DNA from: Methanomicrobiales archaeon
GTDB taxonomy: Archaea > Halobacteriota > Syntropharchaeia > Alkanophagales > Methanospirareceae
DNA: 43,019 bases
Direction of reading: 5' to 3'
Assembly: GCA_003160755.1 (NCBI GenBank)
Contig: QEXZ01000001.1
Coordinates: 1-43,019 of the forward strand
Under the pieces are notes generated by a model. The model saw nothing but the letters and a program-made list of their open reading frames with translations, had not been told where the DNA came from and ran no database searches. Both the position numbers and the translations under genes were made by a program. This document shows positions 9,236 to 19,140 of this stretch, in pieces (position 1 is the first letter of the stretch; the number at the start of each line of letters is the position of its first letter).

Positions 9236-9994
9236 ATGCGTTCACTTAAATTAACAGATCGAATAACCGACTGGATACGAGAAAAAGTAAAAGGAGCAGA
9301 TGCAGAAGGAGTAGTAGTGGGAATGAGCGGCGGACTCGACTCGTCGGTAACTGTGGTATTATGCAAAAAAGCATTCCCTGATACCACACTTGGTTTGATA
9401 TTGCCCTGCTTCTCCTTGAAAGAAGACGTAGAGCATGCGAGGGTGGTTGCGAAAGCGTTTGAAATAGAGACGAAGGAGATAGACCTCTCGAACATTTTCA
9501 AATCCTTTTTGAACACATTAGAAGCGCGAGGATACGGTATCGAAGACAAGAAAAGCGAAATGAATATTCCTGTGGCTAACCTTAAACCACGTCTCAGGAT
9601 GATTTGCCTCTATTACTTCGCTAATAAACTCAATTATTTAGTTGTGGGTACAGGGAACAAGAGCGAACTTTCGGTTGGCTATTTTACCAAATACGGTGAT
9701 GGCGCTGCGGACATACTACCGCTTGGCGACTTGCTGAAAACAGAAGAGAGGAAATTGGCAGAGGAGCTTGATATTTCAGAGGCAATAATAGATAAAGTGC
9801 CGAGTGCCGGCCTCTGGGAGGGGCAAACAGACGAATCCGAGCTTGGAATGAGTTATGATGCGCTGGATAAAACCCTCTTAGCGATAGAAAGTGGCGATTT
9901 TAGTGGTTGCGACCCAGAATCAGTAAAAAATGTAAAACGAATGATAGAAGCTTCGAGGCATAAAAGAGAAAATATAGCGGTGTTCAAAAAATAA
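9236..9994 (+). CDS. nadE: NH3-dependent NAD+ synthetase
   Basis: SGGLDS, NLKPRLRM, GTGNKSE, GYFTKYGD, PSAGLWEGQTDE. Confidence 0.96.
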   Translation: MRSLKLTDRITDWIREKVKGADAEGVVVGMSGGLDSSVTVVLCKKAFPDTTLGLILPCFSLKEDVEHARVVAKAFEIETKEIDLSNIFKSFLNTLEARGYGIEDKKSEMNIPVANLKPRLRMICLYYFANKLNYLVVGTGNKSELSVGYFTKYGDGAADILPLGDLLKTEERKLAEELDISEAIIDKVPSAGLWEGQTDESELGMSYDALDKTLLAIESGDFSGCDPESVKNVKRMIEASRHKRENIAVFKK

Positions 9995-10038
9995 ATTCAT
10001 CTATTTTTTTTTCCTTTTAGCACCGGTAATTTTCTTTT

Positions 10039-10956
10039 TTACAAAAAGAAAAAGTGTCGTCGGGCTTTATTCGTTTCTTTTTTCTTCAAGAACGTCCTTT
10101 CCCCAGTAGCCACATCCACGCACTCTATTCCTTTTTCTTTCCGCACTTTCACAACCGAAAACACTTTATCTCCTATTTCCACTTTCTCTCCTTTCTTGAA
10201 CGCAGGAAGCCTGACAGAAAACGACACCCTATAAACATTTCTGCCGTCTTTCCTCCCATATAATTTCCGACTCTCAGAAAAACCGCCACCTAATTTCTTC
10301 ACTATCTGCCTCGAAACCCTACGACCGCATTCCATGCTGCTGACGTATATGTCCAGCCCCTCCTTCAACTTCGTTTCTTTAGGAATAAAATCCGCATCAC
10401 CTAACCCAGAATACGCAATCTCCTCTGCCATAGTGAGTTCTTCATCTGCGGGAATTCTATCGTCTGCTCTTATTTGTACTATACCCGCGTAATATCCACC
10501 CGTTATCCTACCACACCTTTCACAAGTTCCCCTTTTTAAACTAACTTCTATTTCTCCCCTCTCTTCTATTTCTACTCCTTTTATCCCTGCTTTTACCCTC
10601 AAAGACACAATCACTTGGTTCTCGGCATCTTTTAGCTCGTTTCCCACCAATCCTTCCACACGGACTTTACATTCTTGCTCATGCCCATACCGCTCTCGTA
10701 TTTCTTTTCTTATCGCATCCGTAACCACTTCCTCTATGCTCGTCCGCTCTTTTCCTGCCCCTTTGCCCTTGAAATAACCGCCACAAATCTCACACACATT
10801 TACACGTATCGGTATCGCTAATTTTTCAGCATCAATTAACTTTATCCCTTTCGTAAAGCACGCTCTACATAAAGAATCAAAAAGTTCATCTGTTTTTTTT
10901 CCGCATTTCGGGCAAAATTTGTTCCACCTCTCTTTATCGCCCCTGCTCTCTTTCAT
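10039..10956 (-). CDS. NMD3-family ribosome biogenesis protein
   Basis: FCPKCG, CRAC, CEICG, CERC...GGYYAGIVQIR. Confidence 0.92.
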   Translation of the reverse strand: MKESRGDKERWNKFCPKCGKKTDELFDSLCRACFTKGIKLIDAEKLAIPIRVNVCEICGGYFKGKGAGKERTSIEEVVTDAIRKEIRERYGHEQECKVRVEGLVGNELKDAENQVIVSLRVKAGIKGVEIEERGEIEVSLKRGTCERCGRITGGYYAGIVQIRADDRIPADEELTMAEEIAYSGLGDADFIPKETKLKEGLDIYVSSMECGRRVSRQIVKKLGGGFSESRKLYGRKDGRNVYRVSFSVRLPAFKKGEKVEIGDKVFSVVKVRKEKGIECVDVATGERTFLKKKETNKARRHFFFL

Positions 10957-11019
10957 ATCGCTTTGTTATCCTACGACCATCCTCGATTGATATTTCATGG
11001 GATGTGAATTTTCCCAGCT

Positions 11020-11074
11020 AAAAGTTTTTATATACTACTTCTTATTTATGAGTTATATCTTAAAATTGATATAA
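11020..11074 (+). promoter_or_regulatory. ribK promoter with palindromic operator(s)
   Basis: TATA (ttttatata ~11025-11033) followed by cttatttatgag and the perfect inverted repeat ttatatc-N8-gatataa (11053-11074) just before the ATG. Confidence 0.55.
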
Positions 11075-11075
11075 G

Positions 11076-11774
11076 ATGAAAACCGAGACGAAGATGAACG
11101 GGGATATAATGCTTTCGCTAAGAAAACTCGCTTTGTTAGGCGCCGTAGAACAACCTGTTAAGGTTTCTTCGGGGCATTTCGCTGGAGCGATTGGCTTAAG
11201 CGTACAAACCGCCGCAAGGCGACTTCAAGAACTCGAAAAAAAGGGTCTTGTGCATAGAAGAATAATAGCGGATGGGCAGTGGGTAATATTGACAAAAAGA
11301 GGAATAGAGCAATTAAAGTGCGAATGTTATGAGTATCAGGAACTATTCTTTTCCGCGCCGAAAATTAAAGTTGAGATAGGAGGGCGCTTGATTAGAGGTT
11401 TGGGTGAGGGGGCATATTATACAACACTGGATGGGTACAAAGAGCAATTTGAAGCTAAACTGGGCTTTACTCCTTTTCCCGGCACCCTAAATCTCAGCCT
11501 TGACTTGCTATGTATGGTAACAAGGAAGAAGCTGGAGGGTCGAGGTGGGATAGAAATAGAAGGTTTTGAATTAGAAAACAGGACCTTTGGCGGTGCTAAG
11601 TCTTTCCTCTGTAAGATACTGGATGACCGGGCGGAAGGGATTAAAAGTGCAGTCATCCTTCCTAACCGAACACATTATCCTGAAGACATTCTGGAGCTAA
11701 TTTCGCCTATTTTCCTGCGTGGCGAACTTGATCTGAGAGATGGAGACATGGTAAGAATAAGCGTGGTAATATGA
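11076..11774 (+). CDS. ribK: CTP-dependent riboflavin kinase with N-terminal winged-helix domain (RbkR-type)
   Basis: SVQTAARRLQELE HTH; GLGEGAYY, PFPGTLN, RTHY...LELISP. Confidence 0.94.
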   Translation: MKTETKMNGDIMLSLRKLALLGAVEQPVKVSSGHFAGAIGLSVQTAARRLQELEKKGLVHRRIIADGQWVILTKRGIEQLKCECYEYQELFFSAPKIKVEIGGRLIRGLGEGAYYTTLDGYKEQFEAKLGFTPFPGTLNLSLDLLCMVTRKKLEGRGGIEIEGFELENRTFGGAKSFLCKILDDRAEGIKSAVILPNRTHYPEDILELISPIFLRGELDLRDGDMVRISVVI

Positions 11775-12499
11775 ATATGAGCAATAAGGACATCCCGGAA
11801 TCGGTAAAAAGGGGCATAGAATACGTGAAGAAAGGAAAGCTCGTATTGATATATGATGCCGAGGACCGGGAAGGCGAGACCGATTTTGTAGTGCACGCTT
11901 CTTCTATCACGTCACAAAAGGTCGCGTATTTTAGAAAAGAGGCAGGTGGACTTATATGTGTTGCTATTCATCCTGTCGCAGCAGAGCGACTTGGTCTTCC
12001 ACTCATGAGCGACATTTTAAGAAACGTGAACTCCAACTTCTCGCCTCTAAGAAGAATAGTGGAAGAAAAGGGCGACCTTTTGTACGATAACCGTTCCTCT
12101 TTCTCCCTGTGGGTGAATCATCGTGACACGTTCACAGGTATAACGGATAGGGACAGGGCGTTGACAATAAAAAAGATGGGAGAAGCCGTGGACAAAGTAT
12201 TAAACGGAAATGACCGCTCTTACGATTTCTACTCGGAGTTTCGAACCCCAGGGCACGTTTCAATACTAAAAGCTGCGGACAGTTTAATGGAGGAAAGAAG
12301 AGGACAGACCGAGCTTTCTGTGGCATTGGCGTTGCTTGCGGGCATATCCCCTGCAATGGTAATATGCGAGATGCTGGACAGTGAATCAGGAGGTGCTCTT
12401 TCCAAAGCAGACGCAATCGCTTTTGCATCGAAGCGAGATGTGATTTTTATGGAAGGAAAGGAGATAATACAGGGATATCAATCAATTACCTCACCGTGA
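11771..12499 (+). CDS. ribB: 3,4-dihydroxy-2-butanone 4-phosphate synthase
   Basis: DAEDREGETD, TGITDRDRA, FRTPGHV, RRGQTE, ICEML. Confidence 0.95.
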   Translation: MNMSNKDIPESVKRGIEYVKKGKLVLIYDAEDREGETDFVVHASSITSQKVAYFRKEAGGLICVAIHPVAAERLGLPLMSDILRNVNSNFSPLRRIVEEKGDLLYDNRSSFSLWVNHRDTFTGITDRDRALTIKKMGEAVDKVLNGNDRSYDFYSEFRTPGHVSILKAADSLMEERRGQTELSVALALLAGISPAMVICEMLDSESGGALSKADAIAFASKRDVIFMEGKEIIQGYQSITSP

Positions 12500-12682
12500 T
12501 AGTTCAACGCTACTGCTTCTTTTCGCTTCTCCTCCCTCTTTGTAATACCCATTCTCAAAAAATAATACAAATCGTGTCAGCGATAACGCTTTTTACTATT
12601 GCTTTGTGCCCGCCTACCCTCACCATCCTTTTTGGAGGGGCACGTTTCCGCTAACTGAGCGGAAAACACTTCTTTTGCTTGT

Positions 12683-12901
12683 CTACAAGAAAGAGCGATT
12701 GTCTCTTGCAGCTAGCGACGCAAGTTCGGTACCAAGAACGAAAACAGCCTGTTTATGCTCCTCTTTACTCCGATGCACCTGAAACGGGGAGATAGCCAGG
12801 TCGTTGTACTTCGTGAAATCACAGCCCACTCCATTCTCCTCACAGTGCTTCTTCAACTGAGCCAATAACAAATGCAAATGTACCAGCTCTTCCTTCTTCA
12901 T
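12683..12901 (-). CDS. UPF0058-family protein
   Basis: MKKEELVHLH...ISPFQVHRSKEEHKQAVFVLG. Confidence 0.9.
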   Translation of the reverse strand: MKKEELVHLHLLLAQLKKHCEENGVGCDFTKYNDLAISPFQVHRSKEEHKQAVFVLGTELASLAARDNRSFL

Positions 12902-12977
12902 GTTTTATACATATTGTTTTTACTATATATATCTTTTGTTCTCACACACAAAAAAAATGTTTTCACGTGCCATGCAT

Positions 12978-13049
12978 GCCGCTGTGGCTTAGAGGTAGAG
13001 CAGCTGATTCGTAATCAGCAGGTCGTGGGTTCAAGCCCCACCGGCGGCT
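12978..13049 (+). tRNA. tRNA-Thr(CGT)
   Basis: Acceptor GCCGCTG/CGGCGGC, anticodon arm gctga-ttCGTaa-tcagc, T-loop GTTCAAG; no intron. Confidence 0.95.
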
Positions 13050-13085
13050 TTCTCTCAGCCTGACGTTGGAGATAGAAATAAGAAC

Positions 13086-14576
13086 ATGAACATGCGACAC
13101 AAAACCGAAACTAAAACGGTATTGCAAAAAGAGAATAACTTCAGTGAATGGTATAGCGAGATACTGAAGCGCGCTGAGATATTAGATGTCCGGTATCCCG
13201 TGAAAGGCGTATATGTGTGGTATCCATACGGCTATAAGCTGAGGAATCTCGTATACACGTTTTTACGCTCTCTGATGGATAAAGACCATGAAGAAACGCT
13301 GTTTCCTATGTTGATACCGAAAGAAGAGTTAATGAAAGAGCGCGAACACATAAAAGGGTTTGAAGAGGAGGTTTTCTGGGTTACAAAAGGCGGAAGCACC
13401 GAATTGGACATCCCTCTTGCACTTCGCCCAACTTCGGAGACTGCGATATACCCTGTCTTCAAGGTCTGGATCAGGTCGCATCGCGACTTGCCTATCCGAA
13501 TATATCAGATAGTGAACACGTTCAGATATGAAACAAGGCATACGAGACCCCTTATTCGACTGCGTGAGATAACCTCCTTTAAAGAGGCGCATACCGCACA
13601 CGCAAATCGTGCCGAGGCAGAGGAACAAATAAAAAAGGCGGTGGCGTTATACAAAAACTTCTTCGACGTGCTTGCTGTTCCTTATGTGACTACAAAAAGA
13701 CCGAGCTGGGACAAATTCCCGGGAGCAGAGTATTCTATTGCTTTTGATACACTTATGCCCGATGGAAGGACAATGCAGATTGCGACAATCCATTTGCTTG
13801 GCGAGACTTTTGCAAGAACGTTTGACATAAAATATGAGGATAAAGACGGCTCGTTGAAGTACGTGAATCAGACGTGCTACGGCATTTCGGAAAGGTGCGT
13901 TGCCGCGGTAATATCCGTTCATGGCGACGAGCATGGTTTGATGCTACCCCCTGCGGTCGCACCCATACAGGTGGTTATCGTGCCCATTGTGTATTCAAGC
14001 GAGGGAGAAAATAAAGAAACGAACGTGGAAAAAATTTGTTCTGACGTGTTCGCGAAACTAAAAGAAGCAGGAATAAGGGCTTTTTTCGATGATTCCGCTG
14101 AACGGCCCGGTGCGAAATATTACAGGTGGGAAATGAAAGGGGTGCCGTTGAGAATAGAGATAGGTCCACGGGATATACGGAACAATGGATGTGTATTTGT
14201 AAGAAGGGACGACTTCACAAAAATGCAAGTTCCAATTCGCGATGTCGTGCCCGAAGCGAAGCGGACATTAAATGAAATCCACGCCTGTATCGCCAAACGT
14301 GCAAAAGAAACTTTTTTCGCACACGTGTCCGAAGGCGAAGGGGAGATGGAAACGCTGAGCAGCACTGCATCCGGTATTGTTTCTATATTCTTGTGTGAAC
14401 GCGAAACGTGTGGCCAGGAAGTAGTGGAGCGTCTTGGTGCAGGTGTAACGGTGTTGGGAGAGCCGATAGAGGGGGATAAGGCGGAAGGAGGCGAAAAAGG
14501 CGTAAAGAGCGGCGATGGTAAGTGTATAATTTGCTCGCGGAAAGGAAGGCGAGTGTATATTGCAAGAGCATATTGA
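13086..14576 (+). CDS. proS: Prolyl-tRNA synthetase (archaeal/eukaryote-type)
   Basis: LALRPTSET, FRYE..TRPLIRLRE, YGISER, C-terminal Zn domain. Confidence 0.97.
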   Translation: MNMRHKTETKTVLQKENNFSEWYSEILKRAEILDVRYPVKGVYVWYPYGYKLRNLVYTFLRSLMDKDHEETLFPMLIPKEELMKEREHIKGFEEEVFWVTKGGSTELDIPLALRPTSETAIYPVFKVWIRSHRDLPIRIYQIVNTFRYETRHTRPLIRLREITSFKEAHTAHANRAEAEEQIKKAVALYKNFFDVLAVPYVTTKRPSWDKFPGAEYSIAFDTLMPDGRTMQIATIHLLGETFARTFDIKYEDKDGSLKYVNQTCYGISERCVAAVISVHGDEHGLMLPPAVAPIQVVIVPIVYSSEGENKETNVEKICSDVFAKLKEAGIRAFFDDSAERPGAKYYRWEMKGVPLRIEIGPRDIRNNGCVFVRRDDFTKMQVPIRDVVPEAKRTLNEIHACIAKRAKETFFAHVSEGEGEMETLSSTASGIVSIFLCERETCGQEVVERLGAGVTVLGEPIEGDKAEGGEKGVKSGDGKCIICSRKGRRVYIARAY

Positions 14577-14632
14577 TTGAAAAAAATCGAAAAGCTTAAA
14601 CAGGGGTAAATCTCTTTCCTTACAATAGTTTT

Positions 14633-15751
14633 ATGAGTGCGAAAAAAGTCAGAAAAAGGGTAGGGTATATCAAAGGTGTGATGAAGAATGTTCATAATGT
14701 CAACAAGAAGGAGTTTGAAGCTTTTTATGATGACCTCAACTCCGCGGATTGTATTATTCTCGTCGGGGAGGGAAGATCGCAGAGCGCATTGTACATAGGA
14801 ATGGGGCAAATGGACAAATGGGTACGAACAATGGTGGACGTAGATTTCCCGGGTAGAAACATAGTGGAAGCAGCGCCGGTATTGGAGAAGAAGTATGATA
14901 AGATCTCTCTGCTTGTCAATTCCGGAAGTGGTGAGACGGCAACGCCGAAAATAGTGGTTAAGCAACTCGCTGATTATATCGAGCGCGAGAAGACCGATAA
15001 ATTTACCATTGATGCGGTTGTCTCGAACACGAATTCCTCGATTGGGAGGATAAGAGAAAGAGATTATGGTACCGTGGTCGAACTGGGGGGGAGAGATAAA
15101 AAACCTACAAGGGCTAATGCGTTTCTTAAACATGGCATAATGAACGATGTTTATGAATTAGGTTCTTTGCTACTATTTCAGAAAACAAAGGAAGCCATAA
15201 ATGAGAAGAATGATTATATGAACGTGTTTGAGAAAATAGAGGAGGAATCAAAGATTATAGGACCAATGGTGCATAAATTCGTCAGGTCAGATAAATACGA
15301 GCAGATCATTGACAAGCTCGAGACGCGGTGCTGCGTAACAATGGGTGGATTGGGACCTGCGAGAAACGTGGCGAAGATGACCGCAATAAGGCTGCAGCAC
15401 GTTAAAAGAGCCATTGGCGATGAAGCTTATTTGTCCGGACCTTTTGCACCAAGACCGCGAGCCGGGGATATTTTGTTTTTACTCTCGTGGTCTGGAGAGA
15501 CAGAACCCCTTCATGGATGGTGCAGGGAGCAAAAGAAATATGGGGGCTATGTTTATTCCGTCGTTGGTAATGAATCCACCTTATCGCGGGAGTCTGAAAG
15601 TTTCATAATAGAATCTTCGCCTATGACCTTTTATGCGCGTGCGACTTTTGCTCTTAGCCCTCTTCCATTGCATCTGGTCGAAAGACTTCGAGAACGTGGG
15701 TTCAAATTGCCCGAATACATTATGGGCTGGTGGCACACGGTGATGCAATAG
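14633..15751 (+). CDS. Tandem SIS-domain protein (3-hexulose-6-phosphate isomerase-like)
   Basis: Two SIS-like halves: VGEGRS...NSGSGET and GLGPA...LSWSGET. Confidence 0.75.
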   Translation: MSAKKVRKRVGYIKGVMKNVHNVNKKEFEAFYDDLNSADCIILVGEGRSQSALYIGMGQMDKWVRTMVDVDFPGRNIVEAAPVLEKKYDKISLLVNSGSGETATPKIVVKQLADYIEREKTDKFTIDAVVSNTNSSIGRIRERDYGTVVELGGRDKKPTRANAFLKHGIMNDVYELGSLLLFQKTKEAINEKNDYMNVFEKIEEESKIIGPMVHKFVRSDKYEQIIDKLETRCCVTMGGLGPARNVAKMTAIRLQHVKRAIGDEAYLSGPFAPRPRAGDILFLLSWSGETEPLHGWCREQKKYGGYVYSVVGNESTLSRESESFIIESSPMTFYARATFALSPLPLHLVERLRERGFKLPEYIMGWWHTVMQ

Positions 15752-16205
15752 CTGTTTTCCTGCACTTCACTTTATCCCCCCTTTTTACCTGTATCTCAAA
15801 ACCTTTGGGAATGCTCACATCCACACGTGAGCCAAAACAAATTTTACCTATTCTTTCCGTTTTAACAACGCTCTGCCCCTCGTTCACATCGCACTTTATT
15901 TTCCTCGTAAAAAATCCCGCTATTTGCACTACTTTTACATCCCCGTATTTTGTCATGAGTTCTATTGTATTTCTCGTATTGAAATCGCTGCTGCGTAGGA
16001 AAGCGGGCTTAAAAGTGCCTTTCTCGGGCGTTATTCCTTTCACTACGCCGTCTAATGGCGCGGCAGTGATATGCACATTATGAAGATGCATAAATATAGA
16101 GATGGTTCTGCTTTCTTCCTGCGTAGCATTTTTGATTAAACTTTTTTTAAAAGTTTGTATCCTTATTACCTTCCCGCTTGCTGGCGAGAGCATACGTTCG
16201 GTCAT
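15720..16205 (-). CDS. psd: Phosphatidylserine (archaetidylserine) decarboxylase proenzyme, short form
   Basis: SPASGKV, IFMHLHNVH, VQIAG, FGSRVDV self-cleavage motif. Confidence 0.88.
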   Translation of the reverse strand: MTERMLSPASGKVIRIQTFKKSLIKNATQEESRTISIFMHLHNVHITAAPLDGVVKGITPEKGTFKPAFLRSSDFNTRNTIELMTKYGDVKVVQIAGFFTRKIKCDVNEGQSVVKTERIGKICFGSRVDVSIPKGFEIQVKRGDKVKCRKTAIASPCATSP

Positions 16206-16220
16206 ATCCTCTTGATTATA

Positions 16221-16370
16221 TAAAGAGTAACTCCCTCCTATTTAATTTAGCGGTTTGGCGGCTTAGCGGTTTAGAGGGTTGGAGGGTTGGAGGTTTAGCT
16301 AACGAGCTGAACCGCTAATAAACTAAACCTCTAATTTCGCGCTCTCCGCGGTGGATAAATCACTATATTG
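16221..16370. repeat. Composite element: family-A-like end + 8-bp unit inverted array + family-C end
   Basis: taactccctcctatttaa; ttagcggt ttggcggc ttagcggt ttagaggg ttggaggg ttggaggt / aaccgcta ataaacta aacctcta; gcgctctccgcggtggataaatcactatatt. Confidence 0.75.
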
Positions 16371-16377
16371 TTTCATT

Positions 16378-17049
16378 TTACCTGAATCCATACCGCCCCA
16401 CGAGAGGCACGAAAACCACATCGCATTTCTTCTCCTGCTCTATTCCCTTTTCCTTTTTCTTCACAAGATATAACTCCTGCAGGTATCTTCCGATGGGTAT
16501 GATCATTTTTCCGCCTACTTTTAACTGCTCAAGCAGCGGTGGCGGAACGGCAGGCGCAGCACAGGTCACGCTTATTTTGTCGTATGGTGCATGTTCAGGC
16601 AGCCCAAGTGTTCCGTCACCCTGCACCACGGTCACGTGCTTATACCCTGCACGTTTCAGATTCTCTCTCGAAAAATCCACCAACCACTGTATCCTTTCCA
16701 CGGAATATACGCGCCCTGTTTCTCCTATTAGCTCTGCAATGACTGCAGCATGGTAACCTGAACCAGTACCAATTTCAAGTACTTTTTCGCCCTTCTTCAG
16801 CTCTAAGTAATCGCACATCATTGCAACCATGTGTGGTGCGCTTATCGTTTGGCCCTCACCAATAGGCAATGGATAATCGCTGTATGCCTGCTCCATAACA
16901 CTAGGTGGGACAAAAAGATGCCTTTTAACGCGCATCATTGCTTCCGACACATCCTCACCAAGACGATGCACACGGCTAAGCTGGAGCCCCTTTACCATCC
17001 TTCTCCGCTCGTCCTCACGTACTCTTTCCTCTTTATCTGCACTCATCAT
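16378..17049 (-). CDS. pcm: Protein-L-isoaspartate O-methyltransferase
   Basis: [42 protein letters not shown]; start taken at MMSAD. Confidence 0.95.
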   Translation of the reverse strand: MMSADKEERVREDERRRMVKGLQLSRVHRLGEDVSEAMMRVKRHLFVPPSVMEQAYSDYPLPIGEGQTISAPHMVAMMCDYLELKKGEKVLEIGTGSGYHAAVIAELIGETGRVYSVERIQWLVDFSRENLKRAGYKHVTVVQGDGTLGLPEHAPYDKISVTCAAPAVPPPLLEQLKVGGKMIIPIGRYLQELYLVKKKEKGIEQEKKCDVVFVPLVGRYGFR

Positions 17050-17584
17050 CGGCGAAAAAATCCCTCTCCTCTGCCCTTCGCTTCTTCTCCAGGAACGAGT
17101 AAACAGCGCTATGCGGTGAACCATTTATCAGCATTTCTATTGCATCATGCGCAGCCATTGCCTGATGTGGATAGCCTATTATGCCGATACTCTTTCCATA
17201 AACGGAGATTTTAACACCTGTAATGTCCTCTATCACCCTTCTTGTTCTTCCATTTCGACCTATTACACGTCCCTTTATCCTCTTCAGTGTCTTTGGCGTG
17301 AGATGAGCGATAGAAACAACGTCGAATAAAAGAGACTCGTCATCAAGAAGTAAGAACGCATTTTCAGGTGAAAAACCCCTGCCTATCGCATTTATCACGT
17401 CTGCAACTCTGAGTACCTTCAGGGGGTCTCCGTCCTCGATACCTTCTATATACACTTCTCCTTCCGTACTATCTACTTCTATCCGGCTATCTGATTTTTT
17501 CTCTATATTCTCCTTTACGATTCCGTTATGTCCAATTAGCACGCCAATTCTATCCTGCGGAATCCTGACATACTGTGTTACCAT
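17033..17584 (-). CDS. KH-domain rRNA processing protein (Dim2/Pno1-like)
   Basis: [24 protein letters not shown]; conserved neighbour of RIO1. Confidence 0.93.
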   Translation of the reverse strand: MVTQYVRIPQDRIGVLIGHNGIVKENIEKKSDSRIEVDSTEGEVYIEGIEDGDPLKVLRVADVINAIGRGFSPENAFLLLDDESLLFDVVSIAHLTPKTLKRIKGRVIGRNGRTRRVIEDITGVKISVYGKSIGIIGYPHQAMAAHDAIEMLINGSPHSAVYSFLEKKRRAEERDFFADDECR

Positions 17585-17613
17585 TTTTTTTTGACCACCG
17601 ATTGCACTGATTA

Positions 17614-17752
17614 TAAACTATAGCTTCCTTCTATTTAAGACACTGATTTACACGGTTTTTTTTCTTTTTGTTGGGCAAGTGGGGTATTTTTAACGGCATT
17701 GCTCCTTTCATCCGTGTCAATCTGCATTAATCTGTGTCAATAATTTATTTTC
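17614..17752. mobile_element. Family-A hairpin element
   Basis: taaactatagcttccttctatttaagacactgatttacacgg...catccgtgtcaatctgcattaatctgtgtc. Confidence 0.82.
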
Positions 17753-17838
17753 TGTTTTCTTGTGTTAATCTTGTGAATTCTCGTGGTTTATTAATTAATC
17801 CGAGAAATCCGTGTAATCTGTGGTGATTGACATTCCTC

Positions 17839-18672
17839 TTACCCTTTTATCTTCTTCATTGCTTCCGCTTCTGAACACTTTAAACCTAATTTATTGAAGA
17901 ACACAACGATATTTTTCACGTCTCGCTTGAGGAAGGCATCAGCATTAGGATGCTCCAAAAGCAGGGACTGCCCCATATCTATCAATACAGGCTCTATTTT
18001 ACCCGCATTTACATCTACATTCTCATATCCTTTCATCAATATGTTGAACTCACTGAGGTCTGCATGCACCAACCTCCCGCGATTATACAGTGTCTTTATC
18101 TCAGAGATGATACGCCAAAAGAGCTCTTCGAGGTCAAAATCAAGCTCAAGCACTTCTACAGGAATGTCCTTCAATCTCGGTGCTGCTATCTCTTCTTTTC
18201 CTATAAACTCCATTATCAATACGTTTTTATCATACGCAATCGGCTCGGGAACGCTGACCCCGGCATCAAAAGCTCTTTTTAGATTCTTATACTCTTTTCG
18301 TGCCCATGCAAATACGATGCTTCTGCGGTCCCTCTTTATGTTCTCAAACCTGGGGTCGCCGATAATATAGTCGAGCATAACATGGAAATTAGAGGTGCTT
18401 ATTTTGTATATCTTTATCGCCAATTCCTCCTCTTCTGCTCCTATCGCATGAAATATGACGGCTTCCTTACCTCTACTTACAGGACCGCCCAATGCTTTTA
18501 TTATTCCCCGTTTTGAGAATTTATACAGCGTTTCCAAAGTTGGGATGTCAAGGACGTATAGCTCAGTTTTTCTATCGCGATAATCCTTTTTCCTCTTTTT
18601 ACCTTTGGGTAATGGCTTCTCCTCTCTTTTCAGCCATTTCTCTACTTCAAATAACCCTTCTTTCTTAACCAT
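17839..18672 (-). CDS. rio1: RIO1 serine/threonine kinase
   Basis: [40 protein letters not shown]. Confidence 0.95.
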   Translation of the reverse strand: MVKKEGLFEVEKWLKREEKPLPKGKKRKKDYRDRKTELYVLDIPTLETLYKFSKRGIIKALGGPVSRGKEAVIFHAIGAEEEELAIKIYKISTSNFHVMLDYIIGDPRFENIKRDRRSIVFAWARKEYKNLKRAFDAGVSVPEPIAYDKNVLIMEFIGKEEIAAPRLKDIPVEVLELDFDLEELFWRIISEIKTLYNRGRLVHADLSEFNILMKGYENVDVNAGKIEPVLIDMGQSLLLEHPNADAFLKRDVKNIVVFFNKLGLKCSEAEAMKKIKG

Positions 18673-18974
18673 TCCGCCTGTGGTCTTTTATACCGATAAA
18701 TGAGCTCTGCCTTTTCATCTTGAAAGTCCCAAGGAACTATTATTACTACATCACCGACCTTTACCCATTGTCTCCGCTTTAATCTTCCCGGTATTCGCGC
18801 CATTCTTTCGATTCCATCCATACATTGCACTGTCACTCTTCTCCCGCCTAACATCTTCTCGACTATGGCTAACACTTCTCGCTTCCCTTTTTTGGGAGTA
18901 CGCACACGTATTACCTCTTCTGTTCCTTTTATCTCAACCAATTTTTCGTCCTCGCTATCAGAATCAGAACACAC
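18642..18974 (-). CDS. eif1a: Translation initiation factor aIF-1A
   Basis: [30 protein letters not shown] start after an AGGAG RBS. Confidence 0.95.
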   Translation of the reverse strand: MCSDSDSEDEKLVEIKGTEEVIRVRTPKKGKREVLAIVEKMLGGRRVTVQCMDGIERMARIPGRLKRRQWVKVGDVVIIVPWDFQDEKAELIYRYKRPQAEWLRKKGYLK

Positions 18975-19005
18975 CGCAATTGTCTCCTGCTTCTGTTCTT
19001 GTATA

Positions 19006-19072
19006 TAAACTATAACTTCCTTCTACTTAAGGCACTGATTTACGCGGATTTACGCGGATTTATTTAAGTTAA
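19006..19072. repeat. Family-A half element
   Basis: taaactataacttccttctacttaaggcactgattt acgcggattt acgcggattt. Confidence 0.8.
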
Positions 19073-19140
19073 AGATATTTTGTATGAACGAGTAAACATA
19101 TTAAATTTAAGTGTATAAGCGCATATTTTGGAGTAAAGCG

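Noticed and set aside
14120..15133. 337-aa minus-strand ORF and the many other antisense ORFs in the track
   Set aside because: They are shadows of well-supported genes on the opposite strand and have no recognisable motifs.
17050..17124. N-terminal extensions of pcm (also nadA, rnp4, DUF2073, DUF2072) given by the ORF track
   Set aside because: Upstream alternative starts run through neighbouring genes or promoters; downstream ATGs match the family N-termini.
18972..18990. ATT start codon for aIF-1A (infC-like autoregulation)
   Set aside because: An in-frame GTG has suitable spacing from the AGGAG RBS, whereas ATT is too close to it.
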